Source: a virus. From it: a stretch of 64,000 nucleotides of DNA. Below are positions 27,481 through 36,379 of the stretch, in pieces (within the stretch, counting starts at the first letter, position 1; each line of letters begins with the position of its first letter). The stretch covers positions 1 through 64,000 of the IMG/VR virus record IMGVR_UViG_3300031991_000008; one strand, written 5' to 3'. Position numbers and translations under genes: made by a program. The notes below the pieces were generated by a model. That model did no database searches. It was not told the origin of the DNA and saw nothing but the letters and a program-made list of their open reading frames with translations.

Positions 27481-27669
27481 CTAGGTGCGTCGGCGCCTCC
27501 CTAGCAGGGCGCCAAGCCCTCGCAGCGCGCGCACATACCAGGGCGGGCGCGTCCAATGGTCTAAGGGCTGTAGGTACTCGATAGACGCGGCGACGCGCGC
27601 CCATGAACCGCCGCACGCATCAAGGCGCGCTAGCGTTCGTTCCGAATAGCGCCACGGCGCGGCGCTCAA
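27481..27669 (-). CDS. small hypothetical protein
   Basis: ORF in the GC-richer island. Confidence 0.25.
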   Translation of the reverse strand: MSAAPWRYSERTLARLDACGGSWARVAASIEYLQPLDHWTRPPWYVRALRGLGALLGRRRRT

Positions 27670-27944
27670 TCGAATAAGTCCGCGTTGCTGCGGCGCGGCT
27701 TCGCCTGTGGCGCTGCGGCGGGCGTGGCTGGCGCTGTATCGTCCAGCGCTCTAAACGTCCGCTTGCCCGCCTTCGCCTTCTCTAGCGCATCGGCGCACGC
27801 TGTGGCGTAGCTGTAGCCGTTACCGCTGATTAGCTCGACTCCCCCGTCGAATATGTGGACTCCCCAATGGTCCCCCCATTGCGAAGCTGTGACGCGCGCG
27901 GACTCGGGTTTGAGTATCGCTAGCGCTTGCTCGATTGCGTCCAA
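27666..27944 (-). CDS. hypothetical protein (92 aa)
   Basis: ORF. Confidence 0.35.
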   Translation of the reverse strand: MDAIEQALAILKPESARVTASQWGDHWGVHIFDGGVELISGNGYSYATACADALEKAKAGKRTFRALDDTAPATPAAAPQAKPRRSNADLFD

Positions 27945-28071
27945 TGGAGTCCCCTATCGTTTCAGCAAGTGAAGAATCGCCAGCCACAAGAGCAGAGTCA
28001 GACACACGCAACAAAGCGCCGCACATTCGGCGGCGCCTTGAAGGGCGGACATGATCGGGCGCGGGCGCGGT

Positions 28072-28911
28072 CTAATCATCACGCAACGCTAGCAGGGCGC
28101 CGAGATTGAATCCGCACGTTCGCGGCGGATGCTTCGCCCATTGCGCCAGCGCTTCGCCGCGCTCGAATGCGTCAAGCTCTACGGTATAGTGCAAGAGGAG
28201 TCCGCGCTCATATTCGCGAGTCTCTGTTATGTGCGCCCGCGTGGCTTTAGTGCGCGCGTCGGCGCCGTAGAAATGCCGGTCAACGTGCTCTAGCGCCTGG
28301 ACTTTCCCCCGGTGAACTTCGCGCGCCTCTTTCAGCAATTCGCCAGCCCGTGCGCCGCGCTGATATGACTCGTCATACTCGCGCGCCTCTTGTGCGTAGC
28401 GTTCGGCGATTGTTTGCGCCGCGTTGGCGGCTGCGATCAAATCGCCGAAAACTTCTAGCGCAAGGTACGCCGCGCCGCGCCCGTCTTTCGAGCCATTAAA
28501 TGCGTCATGCCCGCCCGCGATATAGCGCGGCGCGCCGTCTTTCGCGCTTAGCTGATACACTACCGGGCGCGTATATTCGTGCTCGAAAGTGTCCATGTAA
28601 TAACCCTGTGTATCCCATTCGCGGGCGCGCCAGCCTTCCGCCCGCGCAAGTTCGGACGTGGCGCCCTTAAATCGGAAATGCGACTCGGGCTTCTCAATCC
28701 ATCGGCAGTCATAGCCCGCCACCTTGAACGGCGCGCCAGCCGCGCCAAACGGTTTGCGCCATGCGGACTCTTGCCCGTATTTAGTGCGCTCTGCGATCAT
28801 CGCAGACTCGGCGCGGGCGAATTCGAGCGCCGCAATAGCGGGCGCCAATGCAACGCCGCAGCGCCCGCGCAAACGGGCGAAGCGATACGCACGGATTAGC
28901 GACTCGTCCAT
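28072..28911 (-). CDS. hypothetical protein (279 aa)
   Basis: Long ORF with good GC3 bias. Confidence 0.45.
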   Translation of the reverse strand: MDESLIRAYRFARLRGRCGVALAPAIAALEFARAESAMIAERTKYGQESAWRKPFGAAGAPFKVAGYDCRWIEKPESHFRFKGATSELARAEGWRAREWDTQGYYMDTFEHEYTRPVVYQLSAKDGAPRYIAGGHDAFNGSKDGRGAAYLALEVFGDLIAAANAAQTIAERYAQEAREYDESYQRGARAGELLKEAREVHRGKVQALEHVDRHFYGADARTKATRAHITETREYERGLLLHYTVELDAFERGEALAQWAKHPPRTCGFNLGALLALRDD

Positions 28912-29092
28912 TACTCGACTCCTTCGCGCTTCGAGCGCCAGCCGTCGAAAGGCTTAGGCGCTACGGATTCGGTTTGCAGTGTGAGCGGCGGGCGCCACGT
29001 CGAATCGAATTCCGAGTCCACTATGGAGTCGGAACCCCATTGAATGCCGCGCACGTATGGCGGGCGCTGCGGCTTGCATGTATTGCGGCGGC

Positions 29093-29323
29093 TCATTGCG
29101 TGGACTCCTCAAGGCTCGACTCGGCGTTTTCGCAATCGCCTATTGCGGACTCGATTGCATCAATCGCGCTTTGCGATTTTTCGCCGCGCTCGCCTTGCTG
29201 AAACGATCCGGGCATGGCGTCGAATGCCTCTTGCTGATCATCGCGAACGGACTCTAGCTCGCCTATGGCTTCGCGAATCTTCGCGCTGGCGGCTTCGATT
29301 CTCTTGCGGCGTTCGGCATTCAT
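29093..29323 (-). CDS. small acidic coiled-coil protein (76 aa)
   Basis: ORF. Confidence 0.35.
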   Translation of the reverse strand: MNAERRKRIEAASAKIREAIGELESVRDDQQEAFDAMPGSFQQGERGEKSQSAIDAIESAIGDCENAESSLEESTQ

Positions 29324-29796
29324 GGCTGCGGCGCCTTTCCGTCTGATAGCAGGAATTCGAGCAATGCGGCGCGCGCTTTGGCGTCGAGACTAACCGCAAT
29401 CACACGACTCGAAATGACGTCGCGCACGTTTGGAGTCATTTCTTCGATTCGGATGCTCGCCCATTGCTCGCCCGTATGGTCGACTCCGGTTTGAACGTCG
29501 AGCGTAGCAACGGAGTCGGGGCTGCGGCGATTCCAGCGTGTATGATTGTTATCGCGCCACTTGAACGCTTGCGCCTCCCCTGGTTCCGCGGCGCGGAAGC
29601 CGTAAGGGGCTTCGAGTTTGAAACTGGCGGCTTGATCGCTACGCGGCATTAGTGAGACTCCATGAATTGCGGAACCGGGGGAGGCGCGGCGCGCCGTCAC
29701 TATTCCAAAAATCAGCGGCTTCGCGTTCACCGGCTGCGATACGTTCCCATGACCGGGCGCCCTTCGCGTCTCCGCGTTTGGCGCATTCCGCAGCAA
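29320..29796 (-). CDS. hypothetical protein
   Basis: ORF (start possibly at the internal MPRSDQ). Confidence 0.35.
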   Translation of the reverse strand: MLRNAPNAETRRAPGHGNVSQPVNAKPLIFGIVTARRASPGSAIHGVSLMPRSDQAASFKLEAPYGFRAAEPGEAQAFKWRDNNHTRWNRRSPDSVATLDVQTGVDHTGEQWASIRIEEMTPNVRDVISSRVIAVSLDAKARAALLEFLLSDGKAPQP

Positions 29797-29857
29797 GGCG
29801 CGACGACTCGCGGGCTTGGCGGGCGTAGTGTCTGGCGCGTACTCGATTCGATTGCAT
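29639..29857 (-). CDS. small hypothetical protein
   Basis: ORF partially overlapping the previous one; uncertain. Confidence 0.2.
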   Translation of the reverse strand: MQSNRVRARHYARQARESSRLAAECAKRGDAKGARSWERIAAGEREAADFWNSDGAPRLPRFRNSWSLTNAA

Positions 29858-29881
29858 GGCCTGGACTCCGTTGTGTGGCGG

Positions 29882-30046
29882 TTACTTCGCGGCCTTGCGT
29901 TTGCCGAACACCGGCGCCGAGACTTGGCCCGCGCCTTGAACGACGGCGCGCACGGCTTGGCGTTGCAATTCCGGCTTGCGCTCTTGGATCGCTTCGCCCG
30001 TCCATTCGCGGCGGGCGGCTTCCATCTCTTGCTTGCTCATCGTGGT
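29882..30046 (-). CDS. small hypothetical protein (MTTMSKQEMEAARRE...)
   Basis: ORF. Confidence 0.3.
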   Translation of the reverse strand, partial: TTMSKQEMEAARREWTGEAIQERKPELQRQAVRAVVQGAGQVSAPVFGKRKAAK

Positions 30047-30105
30047 CATTGTCTCGACTCCGTCTTTCGATATAGCCACCCTACAGGGACACCCTTAAGG
30101 GAGTG

Positions 30106-30420
30106 TTACCGTGCGGGTAGAATCTCGCATGTGAGCAATAATTCATATGAGGGGCGGGCGCCGTTGTGAGCGGAGTCCAGCGCATAGCGGCAATCGCTCA
30201 CACTCAAGCCCGAGTCGAGCACGTCCGACTCAAGGGCGCCGAAACGTGACGCGCTATAGCTCACTAAGGCGAAGCGTGCGGGCGTGGCTGCGGCTTCCGC
30301 TTCCGGGTAGGGGTGGCGTGTGTAAGCCCCGTATATGGCTACCGCGACGAATGCGAGCAGGGCGGCGCCTATGGCCCGCGTTGCGAATGTGAAGGGCTTC
30401 GAGATGAGGGGCTTACGCAT
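30106..30420 (-). CDS. membrane-anchored hypothetical protein (104 aa)
   Basis: N-terminal TMD (AIGAALLAFVAVAIYGAY). Confidence 0.35.
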   Translation of the reverse strand: MRKPLISKPFTFATRAIGAALLAFVAVAIYGAYTRHPYPEAEAAATPARFALVSYSASRFGALESDVLDSGLSVSDCRYALDSAHNGARPSYELLLTCEILPAR

Positions 30421-30579
30421 GGGGACTCCGTTGCGCCCTTGGGGTAGTGCGGGCTAGACCGAATTGATACCAAAGCCCCTTGGATCATGCAAGCCACATT
30501 CCGCAGCGAAGCGAGATAAAGGCGCCGCCGCGCGCTTCCATCTAGGGCGGCTGCGGCGGGCGTCATGGGGGCGGATGTA

Positions 30580-30670
30580 GGGGTGCGCCCTGGTAGCGGG
30601 TAGCATGGCAAGGGGTGCGCTGTAGGGGGCGGCTCGATAGGGGGAGAGGGTGCGCCTTGGTAGCAGGGGA
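30580..30670. repeat. direct repeats GGGTGCGCCyTGGTAGCrGG (2 copies, about 65 bp apart) plus related GGGGTGCGCTGTAGGGGGC
   Basis: Visible by eye at about 30583 and about 30648. Confidence 0.55.
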
Positions 30671-30935
30671 GAGGGTGAGCCCTGCCCTACCTAACCCCCT
30701 TACCTACTCGCCCCCGTGGGGTGCGTATGCGTTTACTCATTAGCCCCTCATCCCTGCCGATTGTGTGTCAACTACGGCTTGGATTACTCGAAGCGTGCTC
30801 GCTTGGGTCCCTCCCCGCTGCGGAGGCGTCCGGGGGTGGCGCAGAGCCCCGGAAAACGAAATTTTTCGGACCCCTTCATAGAGCAACAACACCGTTTTGG
30901 TGAGTGTTCAAACCGTTTTCACCCCTCAAACGACA

Positions 30936-31215
30936 TCTGTAATCAACTTCAGTTTGTAATTAGCTTTCATCGGCTAATTACACGCGCTAATTACAAAAAT
31001 AGCCGGTGTTTTCAAGGGTTTCCGAGGATTTGTAATTAGTAATCAATATTTAGGGGAGAACTCTACATAGGGAAGGAAAAAGGCTTGCGCCCCGCCTTAT
31101 GGAAGACACCGGCGAGGTATGTCAGATTCCTAATTACAAATTACAGGCGCCGTGGCGCCCTTGAGAATCAAGGGGATTGAGCGTAATTAGCGCAGGGGGC
31201 GCGCTAATTACAAAG
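30936..31215. repeat. AT-rich island with about 7 copies of CTAATTACA(AA) in both orientations, including the 14-mer GCGCTAATTACAAA twice
   Basis: Copies at about 30955(rc), 30973, 30988, 31030(rc), 31130, 31183 and 31204. Palindrome GGCGCCGTGGCGCC at 31146-31159. Local GC is far below the genome average. Confidence 0.75.
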
Positions 31216-31222
31216 AACACGC

Positions 31223-33631
31223 TTAGATCAGGTCGGAAAGGTCTCGACGGGTCTTCCGAACGCGGCCAAACGCCTGTTGCGGACCAAAGCCGGGGAAGCG
31301 CTTCGTCCCTGCCTTTTCGGCATTCGCGACCTTCAAGATCGCAGCGGCGACGCGGTTGGACAAGCCGCGCGCGAGAGCTTCGGGGCGGCCGTTGAGCGCG
31401 TCCTGCCAGACCTGCGGCACACAGCAGAATTCCCTTCGCACGAGAGGATCGTCTTCGTCGAACTTGTCGAGCCGAGAGCCGAGCCCTTCGAGTTCGGACT
31501 TGCGGACGGGGGTGTCCCACCACTCTTCGATCATGCCCGCCCACAGGTCGGCCTCGGTCGAGACACGGCGGCTGTCTTGGAGCTTCAACGCGGCGTCGGT
31601 CGCGGCGGCGCCCGAGAGATCGAGGAAGATGCGGGTCGGGCCACCGGCCGCGTCGCACATCGACTGATAGCGCTCGAACGCCTCGGCCCAAATCTGCGGC
31701 ACCGCGCGCTTGAAGCCGGTAAGGTCGATCTTCATCGCGGCGCAGGCCACCGGCCAGAATCGGCGGTTGCCGGTCTCATCGCGGAGATAGGCATCATTGT
31801 TCGACGAGCCCATGTAAACGGACTGCCGCATGAACTCTTCTTCCTCGCGGGCATACGCCTTGCGGACGACATCACTCTGCGCGGAGAAGAACGCCTTCAC
31901 GGTCTCGACATCGGACTTGCCGAACTGCGATAGCTCGGGCAACTCCGCGATCCAACGGCCGGACAGCGTTTCGACGATGCGCTTCGGATCATCGAAGCCG
32001 CAATTCAACTCGACGAACCAATCGCGAGCGAGCAGGCGGATGAACGTGGACTTGCCGATGCCCTGCGGGCCTTCGAGGATCGGCGCACAGTCGAACTTGA
32101 TGCCGGGCGTGTAGATGCGCGCAATCGCGGCCATGCAGAAGATCACGGCGACCTGACGGTGATACGGCGTGTCGGGGCAACCGAGCCAATCAATCAGCAT
32201 CGTTTCGAGTCGCTCTTGCCCATCCCACGTCAGAGCTTCGAGGAATTCCTTCACAGGGTGGAACGGCGACGAGCGCGACACGGCCGCGATTGCATCGGTG
32301 AGATCGAGCTTCGTCGGCTGCGTCTTGAACCAACCACCGAAGATGCGGCGCTCGGAGAGCAGTGTGCGGATTTCGCTGACGTGATCGTCGTGCAGCGGCA
32401 GACCATGCACCTTCTCGATCTCCGTGAATTGCCACAGCGGACCTTCGAGTTGGTGGACGAGATCGGCATCCTTCTCACGCCCGGCAAACTTTCCAGGCGG
32501 CTTGCGAAAGACGCGCTTCCGCGTGAATTCATTGAAGGCAATGCGATCTGCGAAGCGGCTGTCGTTCATAAAGATGCGCCGCATGTTCATGGCAGTCGCC
32601 TTCGGCGTGCTGTCTTCCGTGCGGTCGAGCGTGCGATTCCAATCGGACTCGAACCCGTGATCTTCCTTCTCACGCTGAAACTCTGCGGCCTGCATGAGAG
32701 TAGCGAAGCGCACAGGGCGACGGCCCGCGTTCTTGCCGAACGACTTCCACTTGTCGTCGAGAGCAGCGGCATCGTAGTTGTCCGCACGCTCGGAGAAATC
32801 GTGCCACAGATCGAGACCGTCTTGATCGCCCTCGAACTCATGGTGGAGAGCCATGCCGACCTTGAGCCATCCGTCATATTCAACGGCCCACTCATCGAAT
32901 GGCAGGCGTTCGAGGATGTCCCACGCACCGTCTGCATCAACACCGATGCGCTTGTTCTTGGCGATGTCGGAGAGTGAGCGTGAAGAGTCATCATTGCGGG
33001 TGCTGCTCCGCGTTGACTTCCCTCCACGCTCATCACCCTCACGAGGCGCGAGTCGATCTGCGCTGACGATCATCGAGTCGAGATCGTCGAAATTGATTTG
33101 CTGGCCCCACTTATACGGGCGGCCGGTGTCGGGGTGGATCGACGGCGGCAGCACGACTTGTTGGCCGGTGCCGAGCAGTTGAATTTCCCACGTCGCGGAA
33201 TTGTGCTTCTTGCCGTTGCCGTCGATCCAATCAATGCGCCGCGACGACTGCGCGAGCGTTTCCTTGGTGAGCGGTTCGGTGACGGCGACATAGATGTGGG
33301 CCGACCCGCCGCCGCGCCCGCTCTCCACCCAGGGGAACTTTTCCCACGTCGGGAGAATTTCAGCCAAGGCCGCATAGGCTTCGGCCTCGTCGCGGGGGTC
33401 GGTGCCCTTCACGTCCACGTCGAGCGCGTGCAGGAACAGATCGGTGTCGATCTCGCTCGGCTCGCCGAGGCGCACGCCGACGTTGTAGCCGGGGCGGTAG
33501 GTGGATTCGAGTTCGGCGACCGAGTTCACAGGGGCGCTCGTCCAACCGTTGTCGATTGGGCGCTTCTGCTTCTTCTTGAGCCAAATTACGGCGCAGCCTT
33601 CACGGGCGAGCGCCTTCGCGGATTGCAGCAC
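31223..33631 (-). CDS. replicative primase-helicase (Prim-Pol N-terminal domain plus P4-alpha/D5-type P-loop NTPase, 802 aa)
   Basis: Walker A ILEGPQGIGKSTFIRLLA. The N-terminal part matches the bifunctional primase/polymerase-like region (..AVIWL...NVGVRLGEPS...). The C-terminal part matches the D5_N / VirE-type domain. Confidence 0.7.
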   Translation of the reverse strand: MLQSAKALAREGCAVIWLKKKQKRPIDNGWTSAPVNSVAELESTYRPGYNVGVRLGEPSEIDTDLFLHALDVDVKGTDPRDEAEAYAALAEILPTWEKFPWVESGRGGGSAHIYVAVTEPLTKETLAQSSRRIDWIDGNGKKHNSATWEIQLLGTGQQVVLPPSIHPDTGRPYKWGQQINFDDLDSMIVSADRLAPREGDERGGKSTRSSTRNDDSSRSLSDIAKNKRIGVDADGAWDILERLPFDEWAVEYDGWLKVGMALHHEFEGDQDGLDLWHDFSERADNYDAAALDDKWKSFGKNAGRRPVRFATLMQAAEFQREKEDHGFESDWNRTLDRTEDSTPKATAMNMRRIFMNDSRFADRIAFNEFTRKRVFRKPPGKFAGREKDADLVHQLEGPLWQFTEIEKVHGLPLHDDHVSEIRTLLSERRIFGGWFKTQPTKLDLTDAIAAVSRSSPFHPVKEFLEALTWDGQERLETMLIDWLGCPDTPYHRQVAVIFCMAAIARIYTPGIKFDCAPILEGPQGIGKSTFIRLLARDWFVELNCGFDDPKRIVETLSGRWIAELPELSQFGKSDVETVKAFFSAQSDVVRKAYAREEEEFMRQSVYMGSSNNDAYLRDETGNRRFWPVACAAMKIDLTGFKRAVPQIWAEAFERYQSMCDAAGGPTRIFLDLSGAAATDAALKLQDSRRVSTEADLWAGMIEEWWDTPVRKSELEGLGSRLDKFDEDDPLVRREFCCVPQVWQDALNGRPEALARGLSNRVAAAILKVANAEKAGTKRFPGFGPQQAFGRVRKTRRDLSDLI

Positions 33632-33641
33632 GCAAAACCTC

Positions 33642-33911
33642 TTAGGCTACGAACGGAAGGAGTTCGTCGAGTTTAATGCGGCAACCGCGAATGGCAACAA
33701 TCGCACGCGCTCGCGCGAGAGAGGGGAGTTGATCGTCCCGCAGCCACTTGTAGATTGCCTCGTCCGTGACCTTGAGCTTCTTCGCGAGCCATGCGATGTC
33801 GAGCACGTCGTAGCTGGCGGTGCGGTGCTCGGGGAAGGCGTTGGCGATAAGCACATGCAGCTTCCCCATCGGCTTCTTACAGCGACCACGGCGTTCGTTC
33901 TTAGCGGCCAT
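33642..33911 (-). CDS. HTH DNA-binding protein (excisionase/AlpA-like or transcriptional regulator)
   Basis: 89 aa with WLAKKLKVTDEAIYKWLRD, a helix-turn-helix signature. Divergent from the + strand replication operon. Confidence 0.5.
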   Translation of the reverse strand: MAAKNERRGRCKKPMGKLHVLIANAFPEHRTASYDVLDIAWLAKKLKVTDEAIYKWLRDDQLPSLARARAIVAIRGCRIKLDELLPFVA

Positions 33912-34052
33912 GTGGCGGGCTCCTTTTGATTTCGCGACCCCGGCATGGCATGTCGTAATGGTGATTGCAACACCCCCACGGAAGGCCGGTCACACCCAAC
34001 CAATAGTCATCCAGAAGGGGGTTGACTTGCTGCTAAACGAACGGCAGAGATC

Positions 34053-34712
34053 ATGGGCGCGTATGAAACGCCAGCGCTAGGAGACCCCATGTCACTCGAA
34101 AAGATGCTCGAAGCCAACACCGCTGCGGTGGAGGCGAATACCGAAGTTCTCAAGCAAGTTCTCGCGAACCAAAACAAAGCGCTCGCGGGCATCGCCAGCA
34201 AGGATGAACCGGCCGAGGATGCGCCACGACGCAGCCGCCGCGCCGCCGAAGAACCGGCCGCCGATGAAACGCCGCGCCGCAGCCGCCGTGCTGCCGCCGA
34301 CGAAGAGACCACCGAAGAAGCGCCGCGCCGTTCGCGCCGCGCCGCTGCCGAAGAACCGGCCGCCGAGGAAGACCCGCCGCGCCGCTCGTCGCGTCGCGCT
34401 GCCGCCGAGGAAACCGAAGAAGCGCCGCGCCGTTCATCGCGCCGCGCCGCTGCGGACGAAGACGAAGCTCCGCGCGCGAAGCCGAAGAAGGACGAGAAGC
34501 CGAAGAAGCCGACTCTCGATGACATCAAGGCGGCGTTCGCCGACTTGCTCGCCACCGACGACAAGGACGAAGAGGATGATCGCCGCGACTTCATCGAATC
34601 GATTCTCGATGAGTTGGCCGTCGCCAAGACGAACCAAATCAAGGAAGCCGACTTCGCCGACGTGCTCGAATGGGTCGCGTTGAAGAAGGCGGGCAAGAAG
34701 GTCACGTTCTAA
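34053..34712 (+). CDS. acidic/basic repeat protein with five EAPRRSRRAAAEE-type repeats (219 aa)
   Basis: Tandem peptide repeats (coding 34209-34503) also found in the SSB-like gene. First gene of the replication operon. Confidence 0.5.
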   Translation: MGAYETPALGDPMSLEKMLEANTAAVEANTEVLKQVLANQNKALAGIASKDEPAEDAPRRSRRAAEEPAADETPRRSRRAAADEETTEEAPRRSRRAAAEEPAAEEDPPRRSSRRAAAEETEEAPRRSSRRAAADEDEAPRAKPKKDEKPKKPTLDDIKAAFADLLATDDKDEEDDRRDFIESILDELAVAKTNQIKEADFADVLEWVALKKAGKKVTF

Positions 34713-34717
34713 CTCAA

Positions 34718-34775
34718 CACGTCATATATGACGCATTAGCCCCGATAACGTGGCTTAAAGCGTCATATATGACGC
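34718..34775. promoter_or_regulatory. pair of 16-17 bp palindromic operator-like sites (core GTCATATATGAC), centres 42 bp apart
   Basis: cACGTCATATATGACGc at 34718-34734 and GCGTCATATATGACGC at 34760-34775, in the intergenic region upstream of the nuclease/SSB/polymerase genes. Confidence 0.65.
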
Positions 34776-34989
34776 CATCGGTTTCCGAGGGCTCGGGCCC
34801 GCGGGACGGAGTAAAGAGAACCGGGCTTGGCCGCTCGGGGGCGCAATACCTCGTCAGTCTCGCCGAGTTGTAGGAAAGGTGAAGCAGGAGCGCGCCGCGC
34901 GCACTCGCACTTTGATGGGCCTCCGAGGCTTCATCGCTGTTTGTCGAGAACGTCGCGCTCCTGCGGAACCGACCACGCAGAGGGAAGCC

Positions 34990-36297
34990 ATGTCAGGCGC
35001 ACACGCACGATTGTCACCATCCGGCGCCGACCGCTGGATGCTTTGCCCTGGATCGGTCGAAGCAGAGAAGGTCGAGCCGAACGAGAGCAACGAGTGGGCC
35101 GCAGAAGGCACCGTCGCGCATTGGGTCTTCGAGCAGTGCTTGCGATTCGACCTAGAGCCGCATGACTTTATCGGCCGCGTGCGAACCGTGCGCGACGAGG
35201 ATGAAGACGGCAATCCGATCCCTGACGGCAAGGAATACAAGATCACCGTCGATGACGCGATGGCCGAACATCTCGCGCCGATCATCGACGAAGTTCGCGA
35301 CATGGGCGGCGAACAACACTACGAATTGCGCCTCGATCTCTCGCGATGGATGGAAGGCCAGTTCGGCACGCTCGACGTTGGCGTGATCCTGCGCGATCAA
35401 AACCTCGTCGTCATCCGCGATTTGAAGTACGGCAAGGGACTTCCGGTCTTCCCCGAATTCAATCGGCAGCTACGCATCTACGCGCTCGGCTTTTGGGATC
35501 GCGTTGCACGTCAGCATTGGAAGGGCACTAAGGAACGCCCACGATTTCGTATCGTCATCGACCAACCGCGTAATCACGGCGGGGGTGGCGTTTGGGAGTG
35601 CGATTTCGACGATCTGCTCGACTTCGGAGATGAAGTCACCGTTGCGGCCGAGAAGACCGAGGCGCCGAACGCGCCGCGCATCGCGGGTGAAAAGCAGTGC
35701 GGTTATTGCCGTTCCGCGATGAATCTTCACTGCCGCGAATACGAAGCGTGGACGGCCGCGCAGTGCGATCTCAAGATCAAGGACTTCGGCGATGAGCCGG
35801 AAGATGTGGAGGCGAAGCTGCCCGACCCCGAAAAGATGGACCCGAAGAAGCGCGCGCAAATTCTCAAGGCTGCGCCGGTCATTCGACAATTTCTCAATCG
35901 TCTGCACGCCGACGCAGTGAACGACTGCTTGCAGGGCCGCGACGCTGGCGGGCTCAAGGCCGTCGTATCGCGCAAGGGCATTCGCAAGTGGCGCGACGAA
36001 GAAGCGGGCCTCGCATGGTTGGAAGAAAACGTGCCCGAGCATAAGCCGATCTATAAGCCGCGCGAGATCATCTCTCCTGCGGGCGCCGAGAAGGCCATCG
36101 GCCGTAAGATCGTTCAACGCGAGCCCGATCCGCCAGCGGACGGCAAGAAGAAGTCGCGCGCTAAGCCACCGCTTGTTTGTCTCGACATCGTGCAGGAAGA
36201 TGGAAAGCCGACGCTCGTGCCCGAGTCCGATCCACGTCCGGCCATGAAGGCGTATTCCTCCATGCTCCGAGATTTTGGTGACGACGAAGACGAGTGA
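34990..36297 (+). CDS. DUF2800-family PD-(D/E)XK nuclease (phage recombination/replication exonuclease)
   Basis: N-terminus MSGAHARLSPSGADRWMLCPGS is the DUF2800 signature. It is followed by DUF2815 and PolA, as in known phage replication modules. Confidence 0.6.
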   Translation: MSGAHARLSPSGADRWMLCPGSVEAEKVEPNESNEWAAEGTVAHWVFEQCLRFDLEPHDFIGRVRTVRDEDEDGNPIPDGKEYKITVDDAMAEHLAPIIDEVRDMGGEQHYELRLDLSRWMEGQFGTLDVGVILRDQNLVVIRDLKYGKGLPVFPEFNRQLRIYALGFWDRVARQHWKGTKERPRFRIVIDQPRNHGGGGVWECDFDDLLDFGDEVTVAAEKTEAPNAPRIAGEKQCGYCRSAMNLHCREYEAWTAAQCDLKIKDFGDEPEDVEAKLPDPEKMDPKKRAQILKAAPVIRQFLNRLHADAVNDCLQGRDAGGLKAVVSRKGIRKWRDEEAGLAWLEENVPEHKPIYKPREIISPAGAEKAIGRKIVQREPDPPADGKKKSRAKPPLVCLDIVQEDGKPTLVPESDPRPAMKAYSSMLRDFGDDEDE

Positions 36298-36379
36298 TCG
36301 TGAGGCCGTTGACATCTGCATTTAGCCCGCAGATGGTGACGGTGCCCTATGGTTGGGCTATGTAAAAGAAAGGTGCATC

